A stretch of DNA of 64,000 nucleotides, taken from NCBI GenBank assembly GCA_964016885.1, contig OZ024743.1, positions 362,514,001 to 362,578,000 on the forward strand, written 5' to 3'. The position numbers were made by a program, and so were the translations under genes. The notes below the pieces were generated by a model. That model saw nothing but the letters and a program-made list of their open reading frames with translations, was not told the DNA's origin and ran no database searches. Positions 38,091-50,433 of this stretch are shown piece by piece (position 1 is the first letter of the stretch; the number at the start of each line of letters is the position of its first letter). Origin of the DNA: Eledone cirrhosa. Lineage: Eukaryota.

Positions 38091-38510
38091 ATTATAATTA
38101 TACAAACGGCGAAGGATTGGCAGTATCAGTAGAGGATCGGACGCCATGCTTTCCAGCATAGAGTTACGTCCCTTTACTGACTGAGTTCAAATCCAGCCGA
38201 GGTTAACTTTGCCTTTCATCCTTACGGGGTCGATAAAATAAAGTACCAGTAATGTAATGGGTAATTGCTGGCCTTGTGCCTAAAGTAGAAACAATTATAA
38301 TTATACAAACGGCGAAGGATTGGCAGTATCGGTAGAGGATCGGACGCCATGCTTTCCAGCATAGAGTTAAGTCCCTTTACTGACTGAGTTCAAATCCAGC
38401 CGAGGTTAACTTTGCCTTTCATCCTTACGGGGTCGATAAAATAAAGTACCAGTAATGTAATGGGTAATTGCTGGTCTTGTGCCAAAAACTAGAAACAATT
38501 ATAATTATAC
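38091..38510 (+). mobile_element. Tandem dimer of Meta-domain SINE (203-bp period)
   Basis: Two near-identical copies are bounded by three copies of ATTATAATTATAC (38091, 38294, 38498). Confidence 0.9.
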
Positions 38511-38778
38511 GAATTGTGGCAACTATATTTTTAAATACGTTTCCTCCAACCATTTCTACAACCGCCACCGCAGCTGCCGCCACCAACACCACAACCATAA
38601 CTAACAGCAACAATAACAACAACAGTATCATTTTGCCAACAATGAGTGCATTAATATGCAGGGTCACTTCTGTTAAAATATCGTCTCTACCACCATCCCC
38701 ATCACCTCCACTAGGTTAAACGAGCAAACAAGGGAGTTTCTACGTAGTTGTTCGTCATGGCCCTAGCACTATCAACGT

Positions 38779-38815
<37 letters not shown>

Positions 38816-38816
38816 G

Positions 38817-38870
<54 letters not shown>

Positions 38871-39189
38871 TAACGACAATGATATCTAATGCAACCGCCA
38901 CCACAAGAACACTCGACGACAACGCCGATAACGACAACGATATAATGACAAAAACGGCAACATATGCAGACAAAGAGCGACATTTGTAGTATAACAACTA
39001 ATTAGATAACTAAGTAGATAAGAACAGATATATATTTATAAATAAATATTCGTTCATTCTTTTACTGGTTTAAGTCATTAGACTGCAGCCGTGCTGGGAC
39101 AACGCCTTGATTCAGTCGATCATATCGACCACAATACTTTATTTTTTCATAACTGGTATTTATCTTATTATTGTGAGACACAAAAGAAG

Positions 39190-39600
39190 TTAACACAAAG
39201 GAGCCTATAGACAACGTCTAGAAATCCCTAGTCTGGGAGGCTACGGGAGGGTGGAGATTGCTAGTGTGCATACATGATTGATTTGTAGAATTATGTTAAA
39301 AACCTGTTGTTGTGTATAGGAATGGCCTGGCTATCAGCGGAGTCCAAGCGTTGCTCCGTCGTTTTCCTTTGGCTGAGAACGAAAACTGTTTCCACAATCT
39401 TGAGGCTATGGCAAAAGACGTTGTATAGTGGACAAGCTTGAAAAAACTGAGAACATTCGTTTTTCTTCTACCAAGCTCTTCTCATCTTTGACCGGGAGGT
39501 GTTGTCCTCTAGTTAACTTACTTACATGTGGATGTGAGTGGCTAGTATGGCTTGGGTGAATGGGTCTGTTCACAGCCTGTGCCTGACAGTTGGTATCGAT
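39190..39600 (+). mobile_element. Old Tx1-clade 3' fragment
   Basis: GCTATGGCAAAAGACGTTGTATAGTGGACAAGCTTGAAA..GTGGCTAGTATGGCTTGGGTGAATGGG aligns to 7450-7670. Confidence 0.7.
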
Positions 39601-40043
39601 ATTCAGAGAAATCGTTCATTTGTGAAGGTTCCTTGATAGACCCAAAGTCGTTATCCCCCTACCTGGACGTCTCATTTTTTTTACCTTTCTATACTTTCTT
39701 TTCTATAATAGATTCTGCGCAGGTTGATGTGATTTATATTCCACTTGAATGTATCTAGGTGACATTACTCGTTTCGGCACTTGGCGATTTAAGTTCAAAA
39801 ACAATTTTTGTTCCAGCTTCTCAGCATTGATGGGTGAGTGTCTTGCGGTATCCATTCTGTTTATTCGTTTTTAGGGTTCAAATTCCGCCTCGTAATAGAC
39901 TAACATGGACAATTAGGCTTACAACTACCATGGAGAGTTTTGCAATGGTATATAGAGGCTTCACATAGCAGTGGATGAAAAACCAGCGAATGAATAAACA
40001 ACCAATACTTAAACGTTTCCATACACAATTATAACTCCATCCC

Positions 40044-40074
<31 letters not shown>

Positions 40075-40077
40075 ATT

Positions 40078-40370
40078 GAGAGTTTGTGAGTTCTATTCTT
40101 GGACAGCGTGATGCAGTGTGTCCTTGAGCAAGACACTTTATTTCACGTTGCTCCAGTTTACTCAACTGTAGAAATGATGTGCGATGTCACTGGTGCTAAG
40201 TTGTATCGGCCATTGCCTTTCCCTTGGATCTTTGGTCACCATCGGTGGTGTGGAAAGGGGAGAATTATATGCGTGGGCGACTGGTGGTTTTCCACAAACA
40301 AACTTTGCCCAGGCTTGGTAAACTTTCTAGGTGCAAAACCATGGTCTTTAGTGACCGATGGAGGCTTCTC
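40078..40370 (+). mobile_element. CORE-type SINE (5' truncated)
   Basis: The TGTGTCCTTGAGCAAGACACTTTATTTCACGTTGCTCC core is shared with 44294-44412. Confidence 0.72.
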
Positions 40371-40399
40371 TTATATATATATGTATATATATATATAAA

Positions 40400-40592
40400 A
40401 TAATTGTTTCTACTTTTTGGCACAAGGCCAGCAATTATCCCAGTGTATCACTGGTACTTTGTTTTATCGACCCCGTAAGGATGAAAGGCCAAGTTAACCT
40501 CGGCGGGATTTGAACTCAGTCCATAAAGGGACGTAACTGTGCTGGAAAGCATTGCGTCCGACCCTCTACCGATACTGCCAATCCACCGCCCT
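40400..40592 (-). mobile_element. Meta-domain SINE (short form), full length
   Basis: Reverse complement of the SINE consensus, lying within (TA)n. Confidence 0.85.
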
Positions 40593-40662
40593 TATATATA
40601 TATATATAAAATAATAAGTGTAAGTCAAACATGTTAAAGTTGGCTTCGTTTATTCAAATTCG

Positions 40663-40715
40663 CTGCTATACATATTTCAGTGGCAGCCATTATTGGCTGT
40701 GACCTCATCAGGCAG
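40663..40715 (-). ncRNA. Type I hammerhead ribozyme motif with extended stem II
   Basis: Minus strand CTGC-CTGATGA-GGTCACAGCCA-ATAA-TGGCTGCCACT-GAAA-TA-TG-TA-TA-GCAG gives stem I CTGC/GCAG, an 11-position stem II with 2 mismatches, a 3-bp stem III and an AUA triplet. Confidence 0.68.
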
Positions 40716-40821
40716 TAAGAATTTAGGCAGAAAAAACAGGAAAACATGATGTTGTAATGGGTTCTACCCTGTTAATTCATCGATATGTCCAGCTCCTGAG
40801 TGTGTTGTTAGTCCTCAAAGG

Positions 40822-40869
40822 AACTATACTGCTTTATATTTGAAAACGAACCTCTCTCTCTCTCTAGAG

Positions 40870-40900
<31 letters not shown>

Positions 40901-40931
40901 AGTTCGTTTTCAAATATAAAGCAGTATAGTT
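40822..40931. repeat. Fold-back inverted repeat (30-bp unique arms plus CT/AG tracts)
   Basis: AACTATACTGCTTTATATTTGAAAACGAAC ... GTTCGTTTTCAAATATAAAGCAGTATAGTT. Confidence 0.9.
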
Positions 40932-41191
40932 AAACCCAAACACATATATATACACATATGCTAACATAAGCCATGCATAGATATATTCATAAATTTCCCA
41001 AAGCATATATATGTGTATATACATATGTGCACATATACACACACATGCCTATATAATATTCAAATAGGAAAATTATATTCCCATATGTTCACACCTTAAC
41101 TACAATATGTAACTGCCACACATTCACATAAGATAGGGATCAATCACAGATAGCTGTACATTTACCTATGGGGGTAACCAAATATAAATAA

Positions 41192-41470
41192 ATAATTGTT
41201 TCTACTTTAGGCACAAGGCCAGCAATTACCCAGTGCTTTACTGGTACTTTATTTTATCGACCTCGTAAGGATGAAAGGCAAAGTAAACCTCGGCGGGATT
41301 TGAACTCAGATCATAAAGGGACGTAACTCTATGCTTCAAAGCATGGCGTCCGACTCTCTACCGATACTGCCAATCCACCTATATTATAATAAATAAATGT
41401 TTCTACTTTTGGTACAAGGCCAGCAAAGTAAACCTCGGCGGGATTTGAACTCAGACCGTAAAGGGACGTA
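41192..41470 (-). mobile_element. Meta-domain SINE plus internally deleted second copy
   Basis: A full copy at 41192-41380 and a deleted copy at 41398-41470. Confidence 0.82.
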
Positions 41471-41739
41471 ATATACTACTTCAGGTTAAATATGTTATCA
41501 AAGCAAAATACAACATTGATAATATAACGACCAACTATGTTACCACCAACAACATACATATATATTTTCATATATATACACACATACATATACAAATATA
41601 TACATATACATACGCATACATGTATATATAAATATACACTTACATATATATGCATACACACATGTCCACACATATATACCTACATACGCACACATAAGTA
41701 CAAACATACACCCACTCACACACATACACATACACACTA

Positions 41740-42016
41740 ACTGTAGTGTGCGGGAGAGAAGACTGCGTTGGTATGGAAATATGATGCGCATGGAGGATGC
41801 CCGCTGGGTATAGAAGTGCCAAGAAATCCCGGTGGAAGGAAGACGGAGTAGAGGAAAACCACGGAAATCATGGGTAGAGGTAGTGAGAGCTGACATCAGA
41901 TCGCTGAAACTCACAGAGGAGATGACGAAGGACCGTGACGAATGGAGAGATGCTGAAAAGAACCCGTCCCACCCTTGCAAGCACGGAAAAGCCGACGTAA
42001 AATGATGATGATGATG
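41740..42016 (+). mobile_element. RTE-clade LINE 3' end with (GAT)n tail
   Basis: VRERRLRWYGNMMRMED..VEGRRSRGKPRKSWVEVV..DRDEWR. It ends ACGTAAAATGATGATGATGATG. Confidence 0.88.
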
Positions 42017-42030
42017 TATATATAAAATTC

Positions 42031-42092
<62 letters not shown>

Positions 42093-42109
42093 GTGTATGC
42101 GTATAAATA

Positions 42110-42213
<104 letters not shown>

Positions 42214-42949
42214 TCTTACATCTGTCTACAGAGGTTGTAATACGGCACCCCCTCATGCAATTCGGCACCTTTTTGTTTTATCTTCTGTTTCTTTTTTGTT
42301 TTCATTAGACGTATGTGTCTTCTATTTATATTTATTTTCTTGTTAATATGCCACATTAACATCAATCAGAAATTGACTTACTTGCATAGTATTGCAAGGT
42401 TTTCATTTTGTGTTCCCAGAAAGTGATATCAAGACTATGTGTCTGTCTATAAGTGACTGCTGAGTTATCACCATGTAATCTTAATCTCAGTCCAAATATC
42501 CGCGACAATGTCTGAGGTTGAAATTTCTGTCTGGGTGAGGGAAACCTGGAGTATATCAATTACATTTCAGTATTTAGTTCTACTAATTTACCATCTTCGT
42601 TCTAATCCTGGGGGGAATTTCCAGATTCGATAAAATATCTGCTAGTCATGCCTTGTGGTCAATTTAATTGAATAGGTAATCGACTGTACCTTATCATAAT
42701 CATTCGACTATTGTAACAGGAGTCCAAAATCTTCTAGTGACTGCAGCTTTCATAATCAGCTGTTCCTGTTCTGTGGTCGGGTGATTAGCCCTGGTCGTAG
42801 GTCTGATTGGAATGCTTAGGCAGAATTTGAACGCAGAACGCAAAATGCATAAGCAGATACTGCAACGTGTCTCGTTCAAGCACTATTAATTCCACTGATC
42901 GAGCGCTATAGTTTTGAAAGGAAAATTTCTTGTTGGCAAAGCTGTTCTG

Positions 42950-43545
42950 CTAGAGAACAGGTTTCAGGTGGCGGATAGCCGTACTGCCACCAGATATGAT
43001 GGTTAGTTGCGATAAAAGCGGCAACTGCCGGACGAATAAGCAATCCCGAACCAATAGCTGTAAACTACTAGGGGAAATAAGGCAATGGGTGACACATGTA
43101 GCTCACAAAAAACTTTCACGACCCAGAGACGTAGCTATGACGAGGTGAGTAAAAGCCGCATTTAAAAAAGCTTAGTCTTGGTGGCTTTGACAAAGTACCA
43201 GATTGGTGACTGGCACGAATAAGAGCACCGAAAAGGCAACTGCAATTTGGTGAAAGAAACAAAAAATGAATCATACCGAAGCGTCCTTGACGCGGGTTAA
43301 CAAAAGACGCGTTCCGGCCTTAGGTAAAGAGGCCTGTTCGAAAATATATATTGCAGTCCCCATTTCATGACGCAAAAACTGGAGATGGGCCTGAGAACAT
43401 CACAACCCTTGCAGATAAGGAGCAGAAACTGATGGAGGAGGCTAGATGCTACCGGTTAGATATTGTCGGGGTTTCCTCAACAAAGTTCCGTGGCTCTGAT
43501 ATTGTAGATTTGGATGGCGGGGTGTGAAAATTCCACTATTCAGGT
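42950..43545 (+). mobile_element. RTE-clade LINE 5' fragment (leader plus APE N-terminus)
   Basis: NITTLADKEQKLMEEARCYRLDIVGVSSTKFRGS..FHYSG, cut off by a PLE insertion. Confidence 0.75.
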
Positions 43546-43563
43546 ATGGCGCAAGAAATAACT

Positions 43564-44271
43564 GCCATCTTGTTTTTGTTGTGTGCTTAGTTTGCGCATG
43601 TGTTACATCCGGGTGTCTGTGTGTGTTTATATTTGTTTATTTATTCGTTTATTTACATGCTAAAATAGAACATAAGGGTAAATTAGAGAACATAGAAATA
43701 AAAATAGAATTTACACACAGAAAAGACGCAATGTTTAGACAAATCACAGAGGCAATAAACATAAATGAACTCCAACCAAAATTAAATAGAGAACATAAAT
43801 GGAACAGCAACATCACAACTTACAATTAAGGACAAAATGAAAACACACACACACATAGAACAAACAACCAACCAGTAACATGTAAATAAACAAATAAATA
43901 AACAAATATAAACACACACACAGACACCCGGATGTAACACATGCGCAAACTAAGCACACAACAAAAACAAGATGGCGTAGGACAGAACAAAGGAGAGGCT
44001 CAAAAACAAAGAAAATAATCCCCAGTCACTGAAGAGGTCACAGAATTTGTGACGAAAAAACTTTGACAATATATGAACAAACGTCTGGTTGTGGAACCAA
44101 CCAACCAACCAACCGGAAATTTATAAATTCCTAAATTTATAAATTTAATTTATAATAAATTGAAGTGAAAGCAACTGGTGCGTGTGTTTCTTATTGGCAA
44201 CATGACCCTCCCAAAGTATAACAATATCGGTTTCAACACACGTTTTCAGATAAAGAATCTTGCTAAACAAA
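43564..44271 (+). mobile_element. 5'-truncated Penelope-like element with inverted partial terminal repeat
   Basis: 43564-43659 is the reverse complement of 43879-43976. Between them lies KIEHKGKLENIEIKIEFTHRKDAMFRQITEAININELQPKLNRE (GIY-YIG C-terminal E...I....P.LN). A hammerhead motif lies at 44025-44067. Confidence 0.85.
44025..44067 (+). ncRNA. Hammerhead motif, paralogue of 14554-14596 with a stem III mismatch
   Basis: GTCA-CTGAAGA-G-GTCAC-AGAATTT-GTGAC-GAAA-A-AA-C-TT-TGAC. Confidence 0.62.
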
Positions 44272-44293
44272 TTCAGAAACGATATATATATAT

Positions 44294-44412
44294 GAAGGCG
44301 TGTGGCTGAGTGGTTAGAAAATTGGATTCGTAATCGTAAGGTTGTGAGTTCGATTCCTGGACCAGGCGATGCGTTATGTCCTTGAGCAAGACACTTTATT
44401 TCACGTTGCTCC
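44294..44412 (+). mobile_element. tRNA-derived CORE-type SINE 5' part
   Basis: A-box TGGCTGAGTGG and B-box GAGTTCGATTCC, then TGTCCTTGAGCAAGACACTT. Confidence 0.78.
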
Positions 44413-44889
44413 TTCTACCTGGAATTGCGACCGATAGATAGTATTAGCAATTGGAAAGACCAACGGAAACATTGTTCCCTCGGTCCGATTTGACGAAAGT
44501 CGATCGTCTCCTTTATATATATATATATACATATATGATATGCATGTATGTACATACACACACATATACAGGCCTGTGTGTATTTGTATATAAACACATT
44601 GATATATATGCGTCTGTGAGTATATATAACTTACACACTCACACACATACATCCACGCACCGACACATATACATTTGAGTGTGTATATATATATATATAT
44701 ATACATATATGTATGAATGTTTCTGTTTTTATAAGTATATACATATGAATATAAATATTATTTATATGCACACCTATATATACATATACTTACACACTTC
44801 TTCGTGTGTGTATGTATGTATGAATGTGTACGTGTGTTTGTGACTGTGTGCATGTGTATGTGCGCGTGTGTATGAGTGCGTGTATGTTA

Positions 44890-44935
<46 letters not shown>

Positions 44936-45019
44936 TATGTTGACTGTAACAGAGGCTAAGAAACCTGACCGGCGTGAGAAGTGAAGTTGAGAACTTGTTA
45001 TATGTAAGACGAAAATATT

Positions 45020-46376
45020 TGTGTAAGCATGTATGTCTACATGTGCCTATATGTGTCTGTATGTGCACATATGTGTGTTTGCGTGTGTGTGTATAAATGT
45101 CTGTAAGTATGTATGTGTCTACATGTGCCTATATGTGTCTGTATGTGCACATATATGTGTGTTTGCGTGTGTGTGTGTAAATGTCTGTAAGTATGTATGT
45201 GTCTATATGTGTCTATATGTGTCTGTATGTGTCTGTATGTGCACATATATGTGTGTTTGCGTGTGTGTGTGTAAATGTCTGTAAGTATGTATGTGTCTAC
45301 ATGTGTCTATATGTGTCTGTGTGTGCACATATATGTGTGTTTGCGTGTGTGTGTGTAAATGTCTGTAAGTATGTATGTGTCTACATGTGTCTATATGTGT
45401 CTGTGTGTGCACATATATGTGTGTTTGCGTGTGTGTGTGTAAATGTCTGTAAGTATGTATGTGTCTATATGTGTCTATATGTGTCTGTATGTGCACATAT
45501 GTGTGTTTGCGTGTGTGTGTATAAATGTCTGTAAGTATGTATGTGTCTATATGTCTATATGTGTCTGTATGTGCACATATGTGTGTTTGCGTGTGTGTGT
45601 GTAAATGCCTGTAAGTATGTATGTGTCTATATGTGTCTATATGTGTCTGTATGTGCACATATGTGTGTTTGCGTGTGTGTGTATAAATGTCTGTAAGTAT
45701 GTATGTGTCTATATGTCTATATGTGTCTGTATGTGCACATATGTGTGTTTGCGCGTGTGTGTGTAAATGTCTGTAAGTATGTATGTGTCTATATGTGTCT
45801 ATATGTGTCTGTATGTGCACATATATGTATGTTTGCGTGTGTGTGTATAAATGTCTGTAAGTATGTATGTGTCTATATGTGTCTATATGTGTCTGTATGT
45901 GTCTGTGTGTGCACATATATGTGTGTGCACATATATGTGTGTTTGCGTGTGTGTGTATAAATGTCTGTAAGTATGTATGTGTCTATATGTGTCTATATGT
46001 GTCTGTATGTGTCTGTGTGTGCACATATATGTGTGTTTGCGTGTGTGTGTATAAATGTCTGTAAGTATGTATGTGTCTATATGTGTCTATATGTGTATGT
46101 ATGTGCACATATATGTGTGTTTGCGTGTGTGTGTGTAAATGTCTGTAAGTATGTATGTGTCTACATGTGTCTATATGTGTCTGCATGTGCACACATATAT
46201 GTGTTTGCGTGTGTGTGTGTAAATGTCTGTAAGTATGTATGTGTCTATATGTGTCTATATGTGTCTGTATGTGCACATATATGTGTGTTTGCGTGTGTGT
46301 GTGTAAATGTCTGTAAGTATGTATGTGTCTATATGTGTCTATATGTGTCTGTATGTGCACATAAATGTGTGTTTGC

Positions 46377-46422
<46 letters not shown>

Positions 46423-46435
46423 GTGTGTAAGCATG
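45020..46435. repeat. Minisatellite of about 84 bp, about 17 units
   Basis: Recurring AAATGTCTGTAAGTATGTATGTGTCTA..GTGCACATAT..GTGTTTGCGTGTG. Units are 80-110 bp. Confidence 0.93.
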
Positions 46436-46524
46436 TGCGTCTGAATGTGTAGACGGAAAGGGAGGGGAGGGGTTGAAGAAAGAAAGAAGGAAGGAAAAGG
46501 GGCAACTAAAGAATGAGAGAAAAG

Positions 46525-46692
46525 TGGGAGAAGGAGTTTACAGTGGTGGGGATGTGGGGGAGAAGGAGTTTACAGTGGTGGGGATGTGGGGGAGAAGGAG
46601 TTTACAGTGGTGGGGATGTGGGGAGAAGAAGTTTACAGTGGTGGGGATGTGGGGGAGAAGAAGTTTACAGTGGTGGGGATGTGGGGGAGAAG
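46525..46692. repeat. 31-32-bp tandem repeat, 5 units
   Basis: GAGAAGGAGTTTACAGTGGTGGGGATGTGGG(G) five times. Confidence 0.92.
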
Positions 46693-46764
46693 ACTGCGGT
46701 GGGGTTGGTGAGGAAAAGAAAGAAAAGAAACCGCTTTAAAAGTTCCTAACACAGCATTTGAAAT

Positions 46765-47230
46765 GTGATGGCAATAGTTGTTGCTGTTGTTGTTGTTGTG
46801 GTAGTAGTGAGGGGGCTGACGACAACGGCGGCGGTGGTGGTAGTGGTGGCGGTGGTGTTGATGATGAGGTTGTTCATGATGATGTTGGGGATGACGGTGG
46901 TGATGCTGGTGACGGTGATCATGACGATGGTGATAATGATGATGGTAGTGGTTGGTGGTGGTGGTGATGGTGGTGATGACGTTGTTCATGATGATGATGA
47001 TGATGTTGGTGGTGGTGGTGGTGTCGATGATGGTGGTGACGGTGATCATGACGATGGTGATAATGATGGTGATGGTGATGATGGTAGTAGTTGGTGGTTG
47101 GTGGTGGTGGTGGTGGCGATGGTGGTGATGACGTTGTTCATGATGATGATGATGTTGGTGGTGGTGGTGGTGGTGGTTGTGGTGGTGGTGGTTGCGGTGA
47201 GGGTGGTGCTAGTTGTGATGATGATGGTGA

Positions 47231-47264
<34 letters not shown>

Positions 47265-47311
47265 GGTGGTGGTGGCTGCGGTGAGGGTGGTGCTAGTTGT
47301 GATGATGATGG

Positions 47312-47346
<35 letters not shown>

Positions 47347-47413
47347 ATAGGGACGACGGCGGCAGTGGTGGTGGTGGTGGTGGTGGTGGCTGCGGTGAGG
47401 GTGGTGCTAGTTG

Positions 47414-47463
<50 letters not shown>

Positions 47464-47725
47464 GTGATGGTGGTGGTGGTGGTGGTGGTAATAGGGGCGA
47501 CGGCGGCAGTGGTGGTGGTGGTAGTGCTAGTTGTGATGGTGATGGTGATGATGGCGATGACGATGACGACGGCGAGGAAGATGGTGGTGACGGTGTTGAT
47601 GGTGGTAATAGTGGGCAAGGTGGCAGTGGTGGTGGTGGTTGTTGTAGTGGTGTTGCTGGTGCTGGTGCTGGTGATGGTGACGGTTGTGATGATGAAGAAG
47701 ATGGTGATAATGATGGTGCTAATAT
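46765..47725. repeat. (GGT)/(GAT) low-complexity tract
   Basis: A trinucleotide mosaic with local higher-order duplications. Confidence 0.9.
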
Positions 47726-48539
47726 GTGACATAGTTTAAAGAAGGAATAAACAAGGTCGTCAAAAATAGAAACTTTAATACTTGCTACGTGTCAGATTTT
47801 GTTGTTAGTGTTTATATATTTATGTCACTAAAGCTGTGTGTGTATATGTAATTGTATGAGAATGCGTATGTATGTAACAGTGTATCAGTGTGTGGGTGTA
47901 TTTGTGTGTGTTACTGTATGCATATGTCCGTCACTGTATATGTGTGTGTAATTGCGTGCGTGTTATTTTATATGTATGTTTGTGCCTGCATGTGTAACTG
48001 TGTGAGTGAATGTGTATGTATAAGTGTTTTATTAATGTGTGTCGCCGAACTTTGTGAGAAAAAGAGAGAAAAGAGTGCATGCTTGTGTGGATGTGTAAAG
48101 TGCATGTGTGTGTGCGTGTGAGTGTGTCCGTGTATCTGTGTGCCACACGTCATGTTGTTTTTAGTGCATATGCATTCAATAAAATTGCATGTGTATAATT
48201 AGGTAAGTGTGTCTATGAATCTTATTCAGAGAGTGGGGCTGGAGGCTACAAAGGAATACATGAATTGGTGCTCCAAGGGAGCAGTAAGACTACTGAGAGT
48301 GAAGGACCACTAGTTCTATCAAAACAGCCAGCTTAATCAATCAAGTCACTATAACAATCCTCCGCCTTACATAGAAAGTTCACACAATTTGAGCCTCATT
48401 AGAAAACTGGTGGAATTGCTTTCTTGTATATCATCCAGCTTCGTTGGGGAGAGGCAAAAATCCAAATTTACATCCCCACTGCCTTGTATGACATGATTTT
48501 CATTGACAGACCTCTATCTATGGATCAATGGATCACATA

Positions 48540-49010
48540 GTCTCACTGTATTGTGTGTTAGGAATAGCAGAAGATTAAGAGAAATAAACGTGACAGAAGT
48601 ATCAGGGTGAATGAAGCGTTCCAGGCGATTGCTTGTCGAACTCTGCTAAGTCTACAGATCTTGGAGGGACTAGCACCAAACGTTATCATTGAGTGCTGGA
48701 CCAACCCCCGAACAGGACGTTACTGTGTGATGCCAAAGGTCTCGTCTTTCACATCTAGAATAAGGAGCAGATATTGCAATAGCCTGGGGTTCAAAGGCCT
48801 CAACTCTTCAACAAGCTGCCGAGAAATTTGAGAGATCTGCATGGTGTGGACATAGATGTTTTCGAGAAACATCTTGACACTCTGCTATGCTATCCAGGAT
48901 CCCAGATGAGCCCACAGCTCGGAATGAAGATAACTTAAGGGTAGCAACAACGAATTCCCTCTTACACCAATGACCAGCCAACACAGGCTGGTGATAGAAC
49001 GTGTAGCAAC
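48540..49010 (+). mobile_element. CR1-group LINE 3' end remnant
   Basis: Remnant peptides are QILEGLAPN..PRTGRYC..YCNSLGFKG / PQLFNKLPRNLRDLHGVDIDVFEKHLD / IPDEP. Confidence 0.65.
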
Positions 49011-49209
49011 AATGTCGGTGCCCCAGCATGGCTTCAGTCGGATAGCTGGAACAGATACCTTTATCGAAACTGTTTCTCTATTTTTATCAACTTTGAATTC
49101 ATAATGCTTGATATCATTAGAGAAGCAAAAGGCTTCAAGGCAGTTTTGATTTCTGTAAACATGTATATAATGTACAACTTATATATAATATAATATAATA
49201 TAGTATAAT

Positions 49210-49362
49210 ATAATTGTTTCTACTATTGGCACAAGGCCAGCAATTACCCAGTACATTACTGGTACTTTATTTTATCGATCCCGTAAGGATGAAAGGCAAA
49301 GTTAACCTCGGCGGGATTTGAACTCAGAATTGCAAGGGCCGTAACTCTATGCGTCAAAGCAT
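49210..49362 (-). mobile_element. Meta-domain SINE, 5' truncated
   Basis: Reverse complement of the core and tail. Confidence 0.82.
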
Positions 49363-49439
49363 AATATAGTATAATATAATATAAGTAAAAATCCCACACG
49401 TCTTTCAAAACCATATCCCAGACCACACTGCAAAGTACC

Positions 49440-50380
49440 ACCATCCTGGAGCAATTTCTAGTGTGGGGTGACGGATAACATTCGGCTGCAGCCGTCGTAT
49501 AACGTAAGTCTTTACTAACACATAATCAGAGTAACCACCAGAAAATATTCCCTGAACATATACTCTAAATGAACCTGAACCGGCATCTAGACATCCACCG
49601 AAATAAATCCCAAGCTCAATAACCAGGGTCTAAACTAAACAAACCTAAACCCTGAAATCACCATTTAACGTAATCTAAAACCTATCCCATTTAACGACTA
49701 AAAAAAACCCCAAATCTCCCATTAATTTAATTCAAACCCTATCCCACTTGAAGAAGTGATAAATCCGAACAAACTAACGGAGCAAAGCTACATGCCTAGC
49801 AAATATATGACGAACTAAAACTGAATATGAACTCACATTTAACGATGCAAAACTACATGTCACATTGACATACCATAGAAAAAGCCTACATGTTAACTAT
49901 AAACATGATTTCAATAAAAAATTTCAAAAAATAGATTAAAGCAAATCCAGATAACGCGAAACAATAAAATGTAACAAGATTCGAATTAGAAACGTATTAC
50001 ATGCCAAAACAATACGAGATTATATATATTAACTGAAAAGTATAATACATAATATACAATTTATAAAGCCAAACAAAAGTTCTTGGAATAGCATCTCACC
50101 CGAACTACCTCGAAGAATCCTGATTCAGTATCAGAGCTATATAATACATAAAATCGCCGGTGCAGGCTCCACTACCATTACCAACAGCAGTGGAGCTCAT
50201 ACCCCTCCCAGACGCCACGGAATCTGACATGGAGTATAGGGCAGGAGGGAAGTGGCAAACGATCTGCCACAAAAAACAAAAGAGAAAAAAACCCTTAGCT
50301 TCACTCTCCAAAAGTGAAGGCAAACGTGAAGGAAAATGTTTTTCTTGATGTCAGCCCTTGTGGCCAATAAAGAAATCATT
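49440..50380 (+). mobile_element. Internally deleted Tx1 copy E (ORF1 pieces joined to the last 30 nt or so of the element)
   Basis: 50155-50325 is the reverse complement of 54135-54305 (copy D ORF1). 50354-50380 GCCCTTGTGGCCAATAAAGAAATCATT is the family 3' terminus. The 5' boundary is uncertain. Confidence 0.65.
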
Positions 50381-50433
50381 ATTTCGTCACTGCGGAGTGT
50401 AATAATAATAATTACAATAATAATAATGATGAT

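Noticed and set aside
42560-42820. Possible GIY-YIG C-terminal remnant on the minus strand (KILDSC..PIQLN)
   Set aside because: It is too degenerate and there is no linked RT or ribozyme motif.
44294-44365. tRNA-like sequence with A and B boxes
   Set aside because: It has no proper cloverleaf and continues into a CORE-SINE body, so it is a SINE head rather than a tRNA gene.
45033-46452. His/Thr- and Cys/Val-rich ORFs
   Set aside because: They are products of the 84-bp TG/TA-rich minisatellite.
46525-46692. 31-32-bp repeats as a CRISPR-like array
   Set aside because: The units are contiguous with no unique spacers, and the context is eukaryotic with no cas genes.
46765-47739. 324-aa poly-Val/Met ORF and overlapping Gly/Asp and Thr/Ile ORFs
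   Set aside because: This is (GGT)/(GAT) low-complexity DNA that is open in multiple frames.
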